Part shown: positions 49,940 to 59,652 of the stretch, piece after piece
Layout: the number at the start of each line of letters is the position of its first letter
How positions within the stretch are numbered: position 1 is the first letter of the stretch
From: an uncultured virus (IMG/VR IMGVR_UViG_3300037488_001694)
Taxonomy: Duplodnaviria > Heunggongvirae > Uroviricota > Caudoviricetes
Length of the DNA stretch: 64,000 bases
Virus record (IMG/VR): IMGVR_UViG_3300037488_001694
Direction: 5' to 3' (one strand)
The notes under the pieces: generated by a model
The model's input: the letters and a program-made list of their open reading frames with translations, nothing else
The model's database searches: none
Told to the model about the DNA's origin: nothing
Program-made: the position numbers and the translations under genes

Positions 49940-51736
49940 ATGGAAAAAGAATTAAATGTTATATCTGAAATTTCTAGAATGAGAGAAATGATGGGGTTTA
50001 ATAATGTTAATTATGGCACAAAAAAATATATACAAGAATCAATTTATGGTCATAATAAAACTATTTTAACTGAGGCTGTAGTTTTACCAAAAGATGAATG
50101 GTTATCAAAAGTATATAAAGCATTGACAGGTGATGATAATTATGGTGAAGTTTTTGGTAAATCCGTTTCCGATAACTGGGATGCGGCGGCTAGAGATGTT
50201 GCTGATGTTTTAGAAAGAGAAGGGTTAGACGATATAGGTAAATTAATGAATAATGTTGCAATTGCGAAAGGTCTTGACCCGTCTCAAGTAACTATTGAAA
50301 TGGTTGAAAATGCAATGAAAAAATATTTTAAATCAAATCCAGATGTTGCAGAAAAAATTCTTAAATCTTCGGCTGATTTCATAAACACATCATTAAGAGG
50401 AAAAGATTTTATTACAATAGTTGGAGCGGCAAATAATAATTTAGCTGATGATTTATCATATGTTCTTACAACTCCAATAACTAGTGCAAATTCAACAGTG
50501 TTACGTAATGAATTAGAACTTATCTCTCAAGATTTTAGAAATTCGGGATTAGACCTTAATGATCCGGCGGTAAAAGAAATTGCGGATGCGTTGGATAATT
50601 TATATAAAACCGCTGATACGATGATTGATCCCGCGAGTAAAATTCCAGAACCATCAGCAGATGCCGCAGTTATACCTAAAGATTCAATGTCAGGAGGAAA
50701 AACAAAGGCTGAATTAGATGCTGAGAATCAAGTAAATTCCCAAAGAGATGCTGAAGAAAGGGCAAGACAAGAAAATGAAGAATCTATTAGACAGTCTAAT
50801 GAGAATTTTGAAAAAATGAAAAATGAAAGTTTAGATCAATCAATTGATAAACTTAAGGCCGACGAAAACTGGACAAAGGCTTTTTCAATATGGTCTAAGT
50901 TGTTTAGTTATATAGGTATGGGGAACGTAGCAAACTACATTTCAAGAGCCGAGAAATCATTAGGGTCTCTACGGTTATATACTTATGACGATTTTATTTC
51001 GAGCCCTACATGGAAAAGTTTTCAGAAAGAATTAGAAACAAAGGCTACGGCAAGAGGTAAGAATAAAGGGGCTATCGCAAAAAATATTAAGGAATCCGGT
51101 GATATATTTGGAAGTTTGGGTGATGCATTCAGTAAAGTACCGGTTCTAGGTAGAATTGGTAGAGTGGTTGGAAGTATTGCTGTTGCCGCAGTTGCACTTT
51201 GGTTAATAGATAAATTAGTTGATTTCGGGGATATGGCCAAAAAACTTGGTGATTGGACTTGGAGTGTGGCACCGGAGGGGATCGTAAGTGATCCAAATGA
51301 AAATCGTGAATACTGTTTAAGACAATTAAACGGATACTATGAAATACCGGAAGGTGACAGATTTAAACTATTAAGTATTCCATTAGGTTGTGAAAATGCA
51401 GATGCCGAAAATTTTGATTTGTATGTTAGTAAAATTGAATACTTAAAAGGTGGTGTAGGAATGGATGCGGATGGTAATAAAGTTACCAAAAAGGATAGAT
51501 TTAAAGTAACTATTGGTAATGAGGTGAAAGAATTTGAAGTTGGATCTACAAATAATAACAATAAAACCACTGTAACATACGCTAACACACAAGCCGATTT
51601 TATTAAATGGGTAAATACAACACATCCAGGGAAATATGGAACAGAATATGAATGGGAAGGTAGTTCAGGATATTACTATCCTGGTGGTGGAGACGCAGGA
51701 AATGCGATGACATTTGATACATCTGGTTGGAAATAA
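49940..51736 (+). CDS. large tagged protein with coiled coil and TM helix
   Basis: EISRMREMMG...LTE tag; N-domain (GLDDIGKL...YFK.NP) shared with 45981. Confidence 0.85.
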   Translation: MEKELNVISEISRMREMMGFNNVNYGTKKYIQESIYGHNKTILTEAVVLPKDEWLSKVYKALTGDDNYGEVFGKSVSDNWDAAARDVADVLEREGLDDIGKLMNNVAIAKGLDPSQVTIEMVENAMKKYFKSNPDVAEKILKSSADFINTSLRGKDFITIVGAANNNLADDLSYVLTTPITSANSTVLRNELELISQDFRNSGLDLNDPAVKEIADALDNLYKTADTMIDPASKIPEPSADAAVIPKDSMSGGKTKAELDAENQVNSQRDAEERARQENEESIRQSNENFEKMKNESLDQSIDKLKADENWTKAFSIWSKLFSYIGMGNVANYISRAEKSLGSLRLYTYDDFISSPTWKSFQKELETKATARGKNKGAIAKNIKESGDIFGSLGDAFSKVPVLGRIGRVVGSIAVAAVALWLIDKLVDFGDMAKKLGDWTWSVAPEGIVSDPNENREYCLRQLNGYYEIPEGDRFKLLSIPLGCENADAENFDLYVSKIEYLKGGVGMDADGNKVTKKDRFKVTIGNEVKEFEVGSTNNNNKTTVTYANTQADFIKWVNTTHPGKYGTEYEWEGSSGYYYPGGGDAGNAMTFDTSGWK

Positions 51737-51761
51737 AATATTATAAAATAAATTAAAAAAT

Positions 51762-53750
51762 ATGTATTGTAAAAAAGAAAGGGGTGGTAATACCTGGTTA
51801 GTGACAAATGAAACCGAATACTTAGCACTACCAAATGATAGAAGATGTAAGGTAAGAAGTGGTAATTGTTCCGCATGTCCTGGTGGGGCAAACACACCCC
51901 CACCATCTCCACCATCTCCACCATCTCCACCGTCACCACCATCACCTCCTGGACCACCTCCATCACCAAGAGTTAGATGTAATGCGCCGTCAACAGGATT
52001 TAACTCTGTTGCTCAAGGAAACAAATTTAGAGATTTTGTTTACAAGTATTACCCTTCAGTTGCTGGAGAACATGATTTATGGTTATCAAATGATCCAAGA
52101 TTGGCAAGATTATCAAAATCATATGATACTTGTTCAATGAAAAAATCATATGCTGAGATTGATCAAAGAGACCCAATGAATAGAGCGATTGGTAATTTAT
52201 TCTTATTATGGTTACAAGATCCTAACGCTTTAACTTGGTTAGGTGGAAGTAATTCTCAACAAAATATGAATGACCCTAAAGTTCAAGAAGGAGTATGGGA
52301 AAAATTAATTGAAAATAAACAAATTTACAGTAGAGGTGCAATAGTTTCTGTCCGAAATCAAAAAGTATATGTGATAAAAACAGATCTTAATAATGATATT
52401 ATGAAATATCCATTAACTACGGCTGAATTAAAATCTCCAAGTATTGATAAATTTGATTATTTAGTATTATTCCCGATAGATTTAACAAAAAGAAATCCTG
52501 TCGGTAATATAGGTATCTTGTATAAAACAATAGACCAAGACGGACAAGAAGTAATAAAAATTAAAAAAGAACCAACTTGGACTTGGGAACCTGCTGAAGT
52601 TGAGGAAGGTTTAGAATTACAAGAACAAGTTATTAATAAAGGTACCGGATCAAATCAAGGGGTTAGTACTCCTGGTGGAATTAATAGGGGAACTAATACA
52701 GGAACGAGTACAGGAACGGGTACAGGAACTAATACAGGAACGGGTTCAGGTACAGGAACTAATACAGGAACGGGTACAGGTACAGGAACGGGTACAGGAA
52801 CGGGTACAGGAACTAATTCAGGTACAGGAACTAATTCAGGAACTGGTGTGTCAACAAAAGATGACTTAAGAAAGTTATTTGGTTTTGTTACAAATGAAGG
52901 TGTAACTTACAACCCAAAACAGAAAATCCTTAACATGGAAAGAGAGCAAGGATCTGTAGGTGAATTTAATCAAGGTAGTGTCCAAAACGCAATTGATAAG
53001 TTTGGTGCGAGATCTGAGTATTTCCACAAATATAACCAATTGATGGATATGGAAGGATTGGCAACAAGTAAATTAAAATTACCTGAAGGAGTTAAAGGAG
53101 CTGGTGAAATCATTACAGAAGATAATTTTTCAGTTTTGGTCCCACTTAAAACTGACGAAAGTAGCAGACAATTCAAAAAAGTTACATTTGGTACTTATTT
53201 AGACACCGTTAGTCCAATGGCAACAATTGAGATTGAGTTTGGTAAAGGATCAGTTCAAAAAAGTGTTGGGTGTTCTTGTGATGAACAACCTGAGGTAATA
53301 ATTAAAAAATTAACTGATTATTTAATCGCGGCATTAACTGGTGATGAAAGTTCTAGACCAAATAGAGAAGGGGCAGCAAGAGAATTCTGTGGATGTTTAA
53401 AAACAGGTAAGTTTGACGAATACATGGGAATCAATGGTGAAAGAATTGACGTATCTAGTTTGGTTGGTGTTTCTAAAAGAAAATTACCAAAAACATTATT
53501 GGATTCAAGATTAAATTGGAGTGAAATAACCAATTTATTAAGAGGTGAAAAAGTTAATGGAGCTCAAATTGCAGGTCCTTACCGTATTCCTGATTTTGGC
53601 GACTTCAACTGTAGATGTATAGGTAGTGGATCTTTACAAGAAACTATTAAAGAACATATGTCAAAAGCAATAAAACAAAAGAAAACTATACTTAAAGAAG
53701 AAAGAGTTGTAAAAACAATTTTAAATCAATTAAGAAAAGTGGGTAAATAA
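51762..53750 (+). CDS. large protein with PPS and Gly-Thr repeats and C-terminal tag-like end
   Basis: (PPS)n, (GT)n, terminal LQETIK...ILKEE. Confidence 0.85.
   Translation: MYCKKERGGNTWLVTNETEYLALPNDRRCKVRSGNCSACPGGANTPPPSPPSPPSPPSPPSPPGPPPSPRVRCNAPSTGFNSVAQGNKFRDFVYKYYPSVAGEHDLWLSNDPRLARLSKSYDTCSMKKSYAEIDQRDPMNRAIGNLFLLWLQDPNALTWLGGSNSQQNMNDPKVQEGVWEKLIENKQIYSRGAIVSVRNQKVYVIKTDLNNDIMKYPLTTAELKSPSIDKFDYLVLFPIDLTKRNPVGNIGILYKTIDQDGQEVIKIKKEPTWTWEPAEVEEGLELQEQVINKGTGSNQGVSTPGGINRGTNTGTSTGTGTGTNTGTGSGTGTNTGTGTGTGTGTGTGTGTNSGTGTNSGTGVSTKDDLRKLFGFVTNEGVTYNPKQKILNMEREQGSVGEFNQGSVQNAIDKFGARSEYFHKYNQLMDMEGLATSKLKLPEGVKGAGEIITEDNFSVLVPLKTDESSRQFKKVTFGTYLDTVSPMATIEIEFGKGSVQKSVGCSCDEQPEVIIKKLTDYLIAALTGDESSRPNREGAAREFCGCLKTGKFDEYMGINGERIDVSSLVGVSKRKLPKTLLDSRLNWSEITNLLRGEKVNGAQIAGPYRIPDFGDFNCRCIGSGSLQETIKEHMSKAIKQKKTILKEERVVKTILNQLRKVGK
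52689..52845 (+). repeat. coding Gly-Thr tandem repeat
   Basis: acaggaacgggt / ggaactaat units. Confidence 0.9.
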
Positions 53751-53828
53751 CCTTAATGAAACTTACCTGACGTAGTTGTCGGGTAAGGATAAACCATCTA
53801 AAGAGAGGGAGGTGTTCAGTTTATCTAG

Positions 53829-53859
53829 CAAAATGGGAACTTAGGTTCCCATTTTGTTT
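53829..53859. terminator. bidirectional intrinsic terminator
   Basis: caaaatgggaac/gttcccattttg 12-bp stem between convergent genes. Confidence 0.85.
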
Positions 53860-54422
53860 TAATGGCGTATGTTATAATACACTTCAGGAGTTATAATAAA
53901 ATTTGTGGTTATTTTTTGTAATTTATCTACAAAATAAAAATCCTCACCAGCCACATTACTATCAAATAAAATATCTTTGAATTTATTTTTATAACAAAAT
54001 GAAATACCAACATTATTTAGAACTAATAGGTTCTTATTTAATCTAGGTATTACCAAACCATCGGTATTCTTCATTCTCCACACAACAAAATCATAATTAT
54101 TGTATTTCTCAATTAAAGTTTTAACATAATCTTGGTGTAAAGTATCGTCATCGTCCAAAAACCCAATCCATTCAGTATCACATAATTTTATACCTTCATT
54201 TCTAACTAATCCGGATTCCCCCAATTTATTGGTGTTAACCCCTGTTTTACCTATTGTGATTGTGTTTATACGGACATCTTCAAAATTAGGTCCATTAACA
54301 CCGTCATATACAACAATACATTTCCAATTAGGGTTAGTTTGATTAATTAGTGAATTAATTGAATTTTGTAGAGTATTTCTATTAATTGAAGGTATTACGA
54401 ATGTTATAATTGGTGTCATCAT
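53859..54422 (-). CDS. glycosyltransferase family 2
   Basis: ITFVIPS.NR, IVVYDG, RNEG, WIGFLDDDD. Confidence 0.9.
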   Translation of the reverse strand: MMTPIITFVIPSINRNTLQNSINSLINQTNPNWKCIVVYDGVNGPNFEDVRINTITIGKTGVNTNKLGESGLVRNEGIKLCDTEWIGFLDDDDTLHQDYVKTLIEKYNNYDFVVWRMKNTDGLVIPRLNKNLLVLNNVGISFCYKNKFKDILFDSNVAGEDFYFVDKLQKITTNFIITPEVYYNIRH

Positions 54423-54471
54423 TTATTTAACTAAAATTTATTTTATTATACTTATTAAGTATAAGTAATTT

Positions 54472-55083
54472 ATGAGAATAATAACATTTTATAACAACAT
54501 AATAAACCCAACAATTGTAAATTTACAAAAAAGAGTTTTTAATCATTTTGGTTACGATATAGATCAAATTAATGTAACTGATTGGGTTAGTCACGGAAAA
54601 TCTGTTGATGATTATTTGAGTGTAATAACAGATCCTAAAGAAATTATTGTCTTATTTGACATTGACTCAATTCCATTGAATACGACCATAATTAATGATG
54701 CCGTTAAATGGTGTTCGGAAAATATTGGAATTTATTCTGTTGCACAAAAAGCAGTTAAGTTAAAAAATCCAATAATACACGCAGCACCATCATTTATGGT
54801 TTTTAGTATTGAGACATTTAATATTTTGGGTAGACCAACCTTTACAACTAATGTTAGATCTGATTGTGGGGGTGAAATGACCCATTCCGCAAGAGATAAA
54901 GGTGTTGAAATAAGAATGTTATATCCATCTCATGTTGAGACCCCCCATAGTCAATTGGATGGACCAGTTATGTTTGGTTATGGAACAACTTATGGTCATC
55001 AATTATACCATGCTTTTGAATCAAGATTTAAAGCGAGAGACGGATACTTCATTAATAAGTGTAATTCAATATTGAATGGATAA
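54472..55083 (+). CDS. GT-A-like (DxD) protein
   Basis: HG..VD...IVLFDIDSIP; located within the GT cluster. Confidence 0.65.
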   Translation: MRIITFYNNIINPTIVNLQKRVFNHFGYDIDQINVTDWVSHGKSVDDYLSVITDPKEIIVLFDIDSIPLNTTIINDAVKWCSENIGIYSVAQKAVKLKNPIIHAAPSFMVFSIETFNILGRPTFTTNVRSDCGGEMTHSARDKGVEIRMLYPSHVETPHSQLDGPVMFGYGTTYGHQLYHAFESRFKARDGYFINKCNSILNG

Positions 55084-55774
55084 TATATATGATTTTTGTG
55101 TTATCATTACGACATATAATAGACCTAATATGTTGTATTCGTTAATAGAGAATCTTTTTAAAGAAAAAGGATCTTATAATATTCATATTGCTGTTTTTAA
55201 TGACGGTAGTAGTGAAAAATATGATTTAACAAATTATGATGTGAAACATATAAGAATGTACCCTAATATGGGAAAACAAAAATACTACGTAACATTTAAT
55301 TCAACTTTTAGTTACGTAAAAAGAATCAATTCAAAATATTTTATTTATCTTCCTGATGATGTGGGATTGGTGGATGATTTTTTTAATAAAGTAAAAGATA
55401 AATATGAGTTGATACCTGATCAAAACAAAATTTGTTTAAGTATTTTAACGGATGATAGAGTAAAAAGAAAGAATTGGGCGAATGTTTTGGCTCAAGATTT
55501 TGGGGATTATTATAAAACACAATGGAATGATTTGTGTTTTATATCGGAAAAAAAGTTTTTTGAAGTATTGAACTATAAACTTGAGGAAATCCCAAAAACA
55601 AGATGGGTTGGTAACCCCAATTTAAGTTCTGGTGTTGGTCAACAAATAACGGATAGGTTAAATAAACATAATTATGGTATGTTCCACACAAAATCATCTA
55701 TGGTGATTCATGGTGATCACGAATCTAAAATGAATAAAACCGAAAGATTAAAAACAAAATTAATAACTAAATAA
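55076..55774 (+). CDS. glycosyltransferase family 2
   Basis: VIITTYNRP, VFNDGS, YLPDD. Confidence 0.88.
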   Translation: MDNIYDFCVIITTYNRPNMLYSLIENLFKEKGSYNIHIAVFNDGSSEKYDLTNYDVKHIRMYPNMGKQKYYVTFNSTFSYVKRINSKYFIYLPDDVGLVDDFFNKVKDKYELIPDQNKICLSILTDDRVKRKNWANVLAQDFGDYYKTQWNDLCFISEKKFFEVLNYKLEEIPKTRWVGNPNLSSGVGQQITDRLNKHNYGMFHTKSSMVIHGDHESKMNKTERLKTKLITK

Positions 55775-57519
55775 TGGAAAAAAGAATAGTAAATGTTGCG
55801 TCCTATAATAGGATTGATTCGTTGGTGAGGTCTTTGGAATCAATATATGATCAATGTGATGAAATTAATGTATGTTTAAATAATCACAATGGTGAGATAC
55901 CTGATATTTTATATAGAGATAAAGTAAACTTATTCTTTACCGATAACTCAAAAGGGGATGCATTTAAATTCCTTATGCTTGAAGAAAGTAATGGGTATTT
56001 TTTAACAATAGATGATGACTTAATATACCCTGAAGGTTATGTTGACTATATGGTGAATAAATGTATTGAGCATGGTAATAAAAAAATCATAACACTACAC
56101 GGTAGAAGTTTTTCATCATTTCCAATAAATAGTTACTATAAATCGGCAAGTGAGAGATATGCTTGTTTAGAAAATGTTAAAAATGACGTAATCGTCCAAT
56201 TTGGGGGTACAGGAGTAATGTGTTTTCACACAAGTTTATTAAAAGTTTCAATTGATGATTTTTTATATCCAAATATGGCGGACATATGGATAGGTAAATT
56301 CGCAAAGCAAAGAAACATACCTATTTTATGTTTACAACATTCAAAAGGATATATTGGGTATATACATCAAAATACAACTATATTTAATGAACATTCAACA
56401 AATGATAGGGTTCAGACATTTGTGGTTAATAGATTATATGGTATTAATATTAAATACGATGTTTCCATTATTATCCCAACATTCCAAAATGTTAATTATA
56501 TTGATGATTGCTTAAAATCCATTGAGGTAGCAATGAAGAATCATATGTGTGAAATTTTAGTTGGTATAGACGGATGTAGAGAAACTTTAAACCATTTGAA
56601 GTCATCTAAAGTAAATCCATATACTTCTGTTTATTATTTTGAAATAAATGAAGGTCCGTATACAATAAAGAACACATTGGCCAATATTGCAAAATCAGAT
56701 AATTTAATCTTTTTTGATTCAGATGACTTAATGGGTGAAAATATGGTAGATTATGTAATGAAGTCATTAGATCGTTATGTTTGCGTAAAACCTAAAATGT
56801 ATAATTTTGATAATGAAACAAATAAACCAATATTAAATTTAAACACTCATGGTGAGGGTGTTTTCGCAATTAAAAAAGATTTATTCATCACAATGAATGG
56901 ATTTGAACCATGGATGTGTGCCGCGGATTCTGATTTTATGGGTAGGTTATATAAAAGAAAACCGGCAATTATAGGGTCCCCATCCCCACTATTCTCAAGA
57001 CGAATACATGACAATAGTTTGACAACCAGGAAAGAGACAGGTATGAGATCAGTAATGAGACACCAATATGCAAAAATATCAAAAAATAAAAAAGGACACG
57101 GTAATCCGAATATATTACACACAAGAGATTTTACACTAATTGACAATATTTCATTTTTTAGTGATTTTGATAATTTCCTACAAAGTGAAATGATGTTAAA
57201 GAAAAATAACGCTCAACTTTCAGTGTTGTCTATCTTATCTAAAGCACCAAGAAAAGTAGTTGAGAAAACGTTACCAAAAGAAAAAACTTCTATTGAGGTT
57301 GGTTATGATGCAATTAGTCATTTACTTAATAAACCACACCCTATGATCCCAAAACCTAAAGTTAATAATCAACCACCACCACAAAACAACCCTCAAGCAA
57401 TACCTCAACCACAGAAATCAAATTCAAATAGAGATACTTTACAAAAGTTATTTTTAAGAAAAACTCATAATAAAAGTGATGCTCCTTACATGAATATTGG
57501 GGGAAAATTAGGTAGATAG
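55774..57519 (+). CDS. two-domain glycosyltransferase
   Basis: N-domain LTIDDDLIYP/GGTG; C-domain VSIIIPT, GIDG, FFDSDD. Confidence 0.9.
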   Translation: MEKRIVNVASYNRIDSLVRSLESIYDQCDEINVCLNNHNGEIPDILYRDKVNLFFTDNSKGDAFKFLMLEESNGYFLTIDDDLIYPEGYVDYMVNKCIEHGNKKIITLHGRSFSSFPINSYYKSASERYACLENVKNDVIVQFGGTGVMCFHTSLLKVSIDDFLYPNMADIWIGKFAKQRNIPILCLQHSKGYIGYIHQNTTIFNEHSTNDRVQTFVVNRLYGINIKYDVSIIIPTFQNVNYIDDCLKSIEVAMKNHMCEILVGIDGCRETLNHLKSSKVNPYTSVYYFEINEGPYTIKNTLANIAKSDNLIFFDSDDLMGENMVDYVMKSLDRYVCVKPKMYNFDNETNKPILNLNTHGEGVFAIKKDLFITMNGFEPWMCAADSDFMGRLYKRKPAIIGSPSPLFSRRIHDNSLTTRKETGMRSVMRHQYAKISKNKKGHGNPNILHTRDFTLIDNISFFSDFDNFLQSEMMLKKNNAQLSVLSILSKAPRKVVEKTLPKEKTSIEVGYDAISHLLNKPHPMIPKPKVNNQPPPQNNPQAIPQPQKSNSNRDTLQKLFLRKTHNKSDAPYMNIGGKLGR

Positions 57520-57556
57520 ATTTGACTTAACGATTAATTATTTTTATAATTGAATT

Positions 57557-57733
57557 ATGTATGTAATAGTTAAACACGTAAAGACGAACAATAACAGAAT
57601 TTTACCTGTTATTATGTTAGACACCCAAGGTGAGCTATGGGAGTTTGATAATAAAGATAAAGCACAGGAAATGGCTAACATCTTCAACACTAATACCGAT
57701 TCGGGACATAAATACGAAGTTAAGAAGGTATAA
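57557..57733 (+). CDS. small hypothetical protein (58 aa), not in ORF track
   Basis: MYVIVKHVK...LPVIMLDTQGELWEF...YEVKKV; TTGACT-N18-TATAAT upstream. Confidence 0.75.
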   Translation: MYVIVKHVKTNNNRILPVIMLDTQGELWEFDNKDKAQEMANIFNTNTDSGHKYEVKKV

Positions 57734-57740
57734 ATAATAT

Positions 57741-57814
57741 GGTCCGCTAGCTCAGCTGGATAGAGCAACTGCCTTCTAAGCAGTAGGTCTCAGGTTCGAA
57801 TCCTGAGCGGATCA
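57741..57814 (+). tRNA. tRNA-Arg(TCT)
   Basis: Canonical cloverleaf; anticodon loop CT-TCT-AA. Confidence 0.95.
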
Positions 57815-57944
57815 CTAATAATAATGTTATGGATATTTTTGAAGAATTACATAACGAATTCATTAATTCTGAAGATTATGTCTGTTATTTAGTTGAGATT
57901 AATGAATACCGTTACGATTTATAATAACATGATATTTATTATAT

Positions 57945-58412
57945 ATGGAACTTAATGAAGAGATATATAGAATAAAATCATTACTAAAAGAAAATTCTGA
58001 CCCTTATAAAATTAGGGTTGTAAGTAATATAGAGAGTGATAGAGGATTTTGCGTATATTATTTAACAGAAAATAATGATGTTATAGGTGTTGTGACTTTA
58101 ACCGATCTAAATAAAGTTTTATCTAATAATGAGTTTAATGAAGACATAAAAGTTTTACATGAAAATTACGATAACTCAAAAGATACAGTTTATATACACT
58201 CAATTGTTGTTGAATCTCCGTTTAGAAAACAAGGATTTGGTACAAAATTAATAAAGGAATGTGAAACTATTGCAAGAAATTCTGGTTATAAGTACATAAC
58301 TGCAATTGTTAAAAAAAACAATATACCATCTCAAACCATGCTTGATAAATTAGGTTATAACAAATATAATTCTAACGATAAGAAAGATTTATTTATTTTA
58401 GACATTGACTAA
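57945..58412 (+). CDS. tagged GNAT acetyltransferase
   Basis: MELNEEIYRIKSLLKE tag; V...FRKQGFGTKL, N..S....KLGY. Confidence 0.88.
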   Translation: MELNEEIYRIKSLLKENSDPYKIRVVSNIESDRGFCVYYLTENNDVIGVVTLTDLNKVLSNNEFNEDIKVLHENYDNSKDTVYIHSIVVESPFRKQGFGTKLIKECETIARNSGYKYITAIVKKNNIPSQTMLDKLGYNKYNSNDKKDLFILDID

Positions 58413-58464
58413 ATGGTCTTTTTTAATTATTAATTACACAGAAATAAACAAATAATCACAAAAA

Positions 58465-59094
58465 ATGGAATTATTAAAATCGTTAGAGTGGAGATACGCC
58501 ACCAAGAAGATGAATGGGGATAAAGTCCCACAAGATAAATTAGAAAGAATTTTGGAAGCAACAAGATTGGCTCCAAGTTCTTATGGGTTAACACCATATC
58601 ACGTAATTGTTGTTGAGGATCAAAAATTAAAAGAAGAATTACAAGGGGCGTGTTACGGACAAACTCAATTAAGTGAATCATCAGCAGTATTGGTATTTGC
58701 TACATGGGATAATATTACAGATGAGTCAGTAGATATTTACATCCAGGAGACGGCAAACCAAAGAGGGATCAGTACTGATATGTTAGGTGAGTTCAGTGGT
58801 ATGATCAAAGGATCTTTATCTAATATGACGCAAGATCAAAAAATTGCTTGGGCACAGAGACAAGCATACATCGGATTAGGATTTGCATTAGTTGCAGCAG
58901 CAACAGAAGAAGTGGATTCAACTCCAATGGAAGGATTTGTTCCATCATCAGTGGATACAGTATTAGGATTAGAAGAATTAGGATTAAAATCAGTTGTAGT
59001 TCTTCCATTAGGATATAGAGACACTGAAAATGATTATTTAGCGTCTTTAAAGAAAGTAAGATGGGAAAATGAGAAATTTTTCATTAAAAAATAA
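58465..59094 (+). CDS. nitroreductase (NfsB-like NAD(P)H-flavin oxidoreductase)
   Basis: WRYATKK, APSSYGL.P, DSTPMEGF, LGYR, KVR. Confidence 0.93.
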   Translation: MELLKSLEWRYATKKMNGDKVPQDKLERILEATRLAPSSYGLTPYHVIVVEDQKLKEELQGACYGQTQLSESSAVLVFATWDNITDESVDIYIQETANQRGISTDMLGEFSGMIKGSLSNMTQDQKIAWAQRQAYIGLGFALVAAATEEVDSTPMEGFVPSSVDTVLGLEELGLKSVVVLPLGYRDTENDYLASLKKVRWENEKFFIKK

Positions 59095-59124
59095 AAAAAC
59101 ACTTGTCAATTAAAAATAAATTCC

Positions 59125-59172
59125 TAAATTTGTACAAGAATTAAAACTTTTAGGAAAACTGATATATTTATA
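59125..59172 (+). promoter_or_regulatory. tandem promoters for tRNA array 1 leader
   Basis: TAAATTTG (59125-59132) and TATTTATA (59165-59172). Confidence 0.6.
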
Positions 59173-59183
59173 ACAAAACAAAA

Positions 59184-59294
59184 ATGAAAGCAACTAATAA
59201 ACATATGGTCATTTGTAATCCGAGCACACAGTGGTCGTTTAATAGCTATAGAACGCTTCGTTCACATATTAGGGCATTTTCATTTATGAGTTGA
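59184..59294 (+). CDS. putative attenuator leader peptide 1 (36 aa)
   Basis: MKATNKHMVICNPSTQWSFNSYRTLRSHIRAFSFMS; A-rich initiation context; ends 31 nt before a terminator. Confidence 0.75.
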   Translation: MKATNKHMVICNPSTQWSFNSYRTLRSHIRAFSFMS

Positions 59295-59325
59295 TACAGA
59301 TTAACTAAAAATATAAAAGGAATAT

Positions 59326-59359
59326 AAGACCCGAACTCAAATCAAGTTCGGGTTTTTTT
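59326..59359 (+). terminator. intrinsic terminator (attenuator 1)
   Basis: acccgaact/agttcgggt stem plus T-run, immediately before the first tRNA. Confidence 0.9.
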
Positions 59360-59373
59360 ATACCCAAAAAATC

Positions 59374-59445
59374 GGTCTCTTAGTATAGTTGGTAATATCC
59401 CGGCTTTGTAACCCGGAGTCATCAGTTCGAACCTGATAGAGACCT
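59374..59445 (+). tRNA. tRNA with TGT anticodon (Thr), C31.C39 mismatch
   Basis: ggtctct/agagacc acceptor; loop TT-TGT-AA; T-loop TTCGAAC. Confidence 0.8.
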
Positions 59446-59456
59446 CAAAAGAAAAA

Positions 59457-59469
59457 GTTCTTTGACATA
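59457..59469 (+). promoter_or_regulatory. rrn boxA-like antitermination site
   Basis: GTTCTTTGACATA; identical copy at 63288-63300. Confidence 0.75.
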
Positions 59470-59481
59470 TTGGCCTTAAAT

Positions 59482-59552
59482 TGTCTCGTAGCCTAAAGGC
59501 AGGGCATCGGATTTTGGCTCCGAGTGTGTTGGTTCGAGTCCAGCCGAGACAA
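59482..59552 (+). tRNA. tRNA-Gln(TTG)
   Basis: U1-A72 acceptor; loop TT-TTG-GC. Confidence 0.92.
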
Positions 59553-59559
59553 CAATAAT

Positions 59560-59643
59560 GGAAGAGTAATCACAACGGCTTGTGATCCCGTCTTGAAAAC
59601 GGCGAGTACTGAAAGGTATGGGGATCGACACCTCACTCTTCCG
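59560..59643 (+). tRNA. tRNA-Ser(TGA)
   Basis: Long variable arm; loop CT-TGA-AA; G73. Confidence 0.88.
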
Positions 59644-59652
59644 CATTAATAA

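Noticed and set aside
292..57519. Stop-codon reassignment (TAG or TGA) as in some large phages
   Set aside because: Genes are intact in code 11; TAG (1893, 22149, 25369, 57519) and TGA end genes right before the next start or promoter; no suppressor tRNA seen.
1047..59024. Many 60-225-aa antisense or off-frame ORFs (e.g. 7873-, 20304-, 27479-, 46214-)
   Set aside because: Shadows of longer coding genes, with no promoter or start context and atypical composition.
59184..59359. T-box riboswitch controlling the tRNA array
   Set aside because: No T-box consensus (AAGGTGGTACC-like) or stem I motifs; the leader-ORF architecture fits better.
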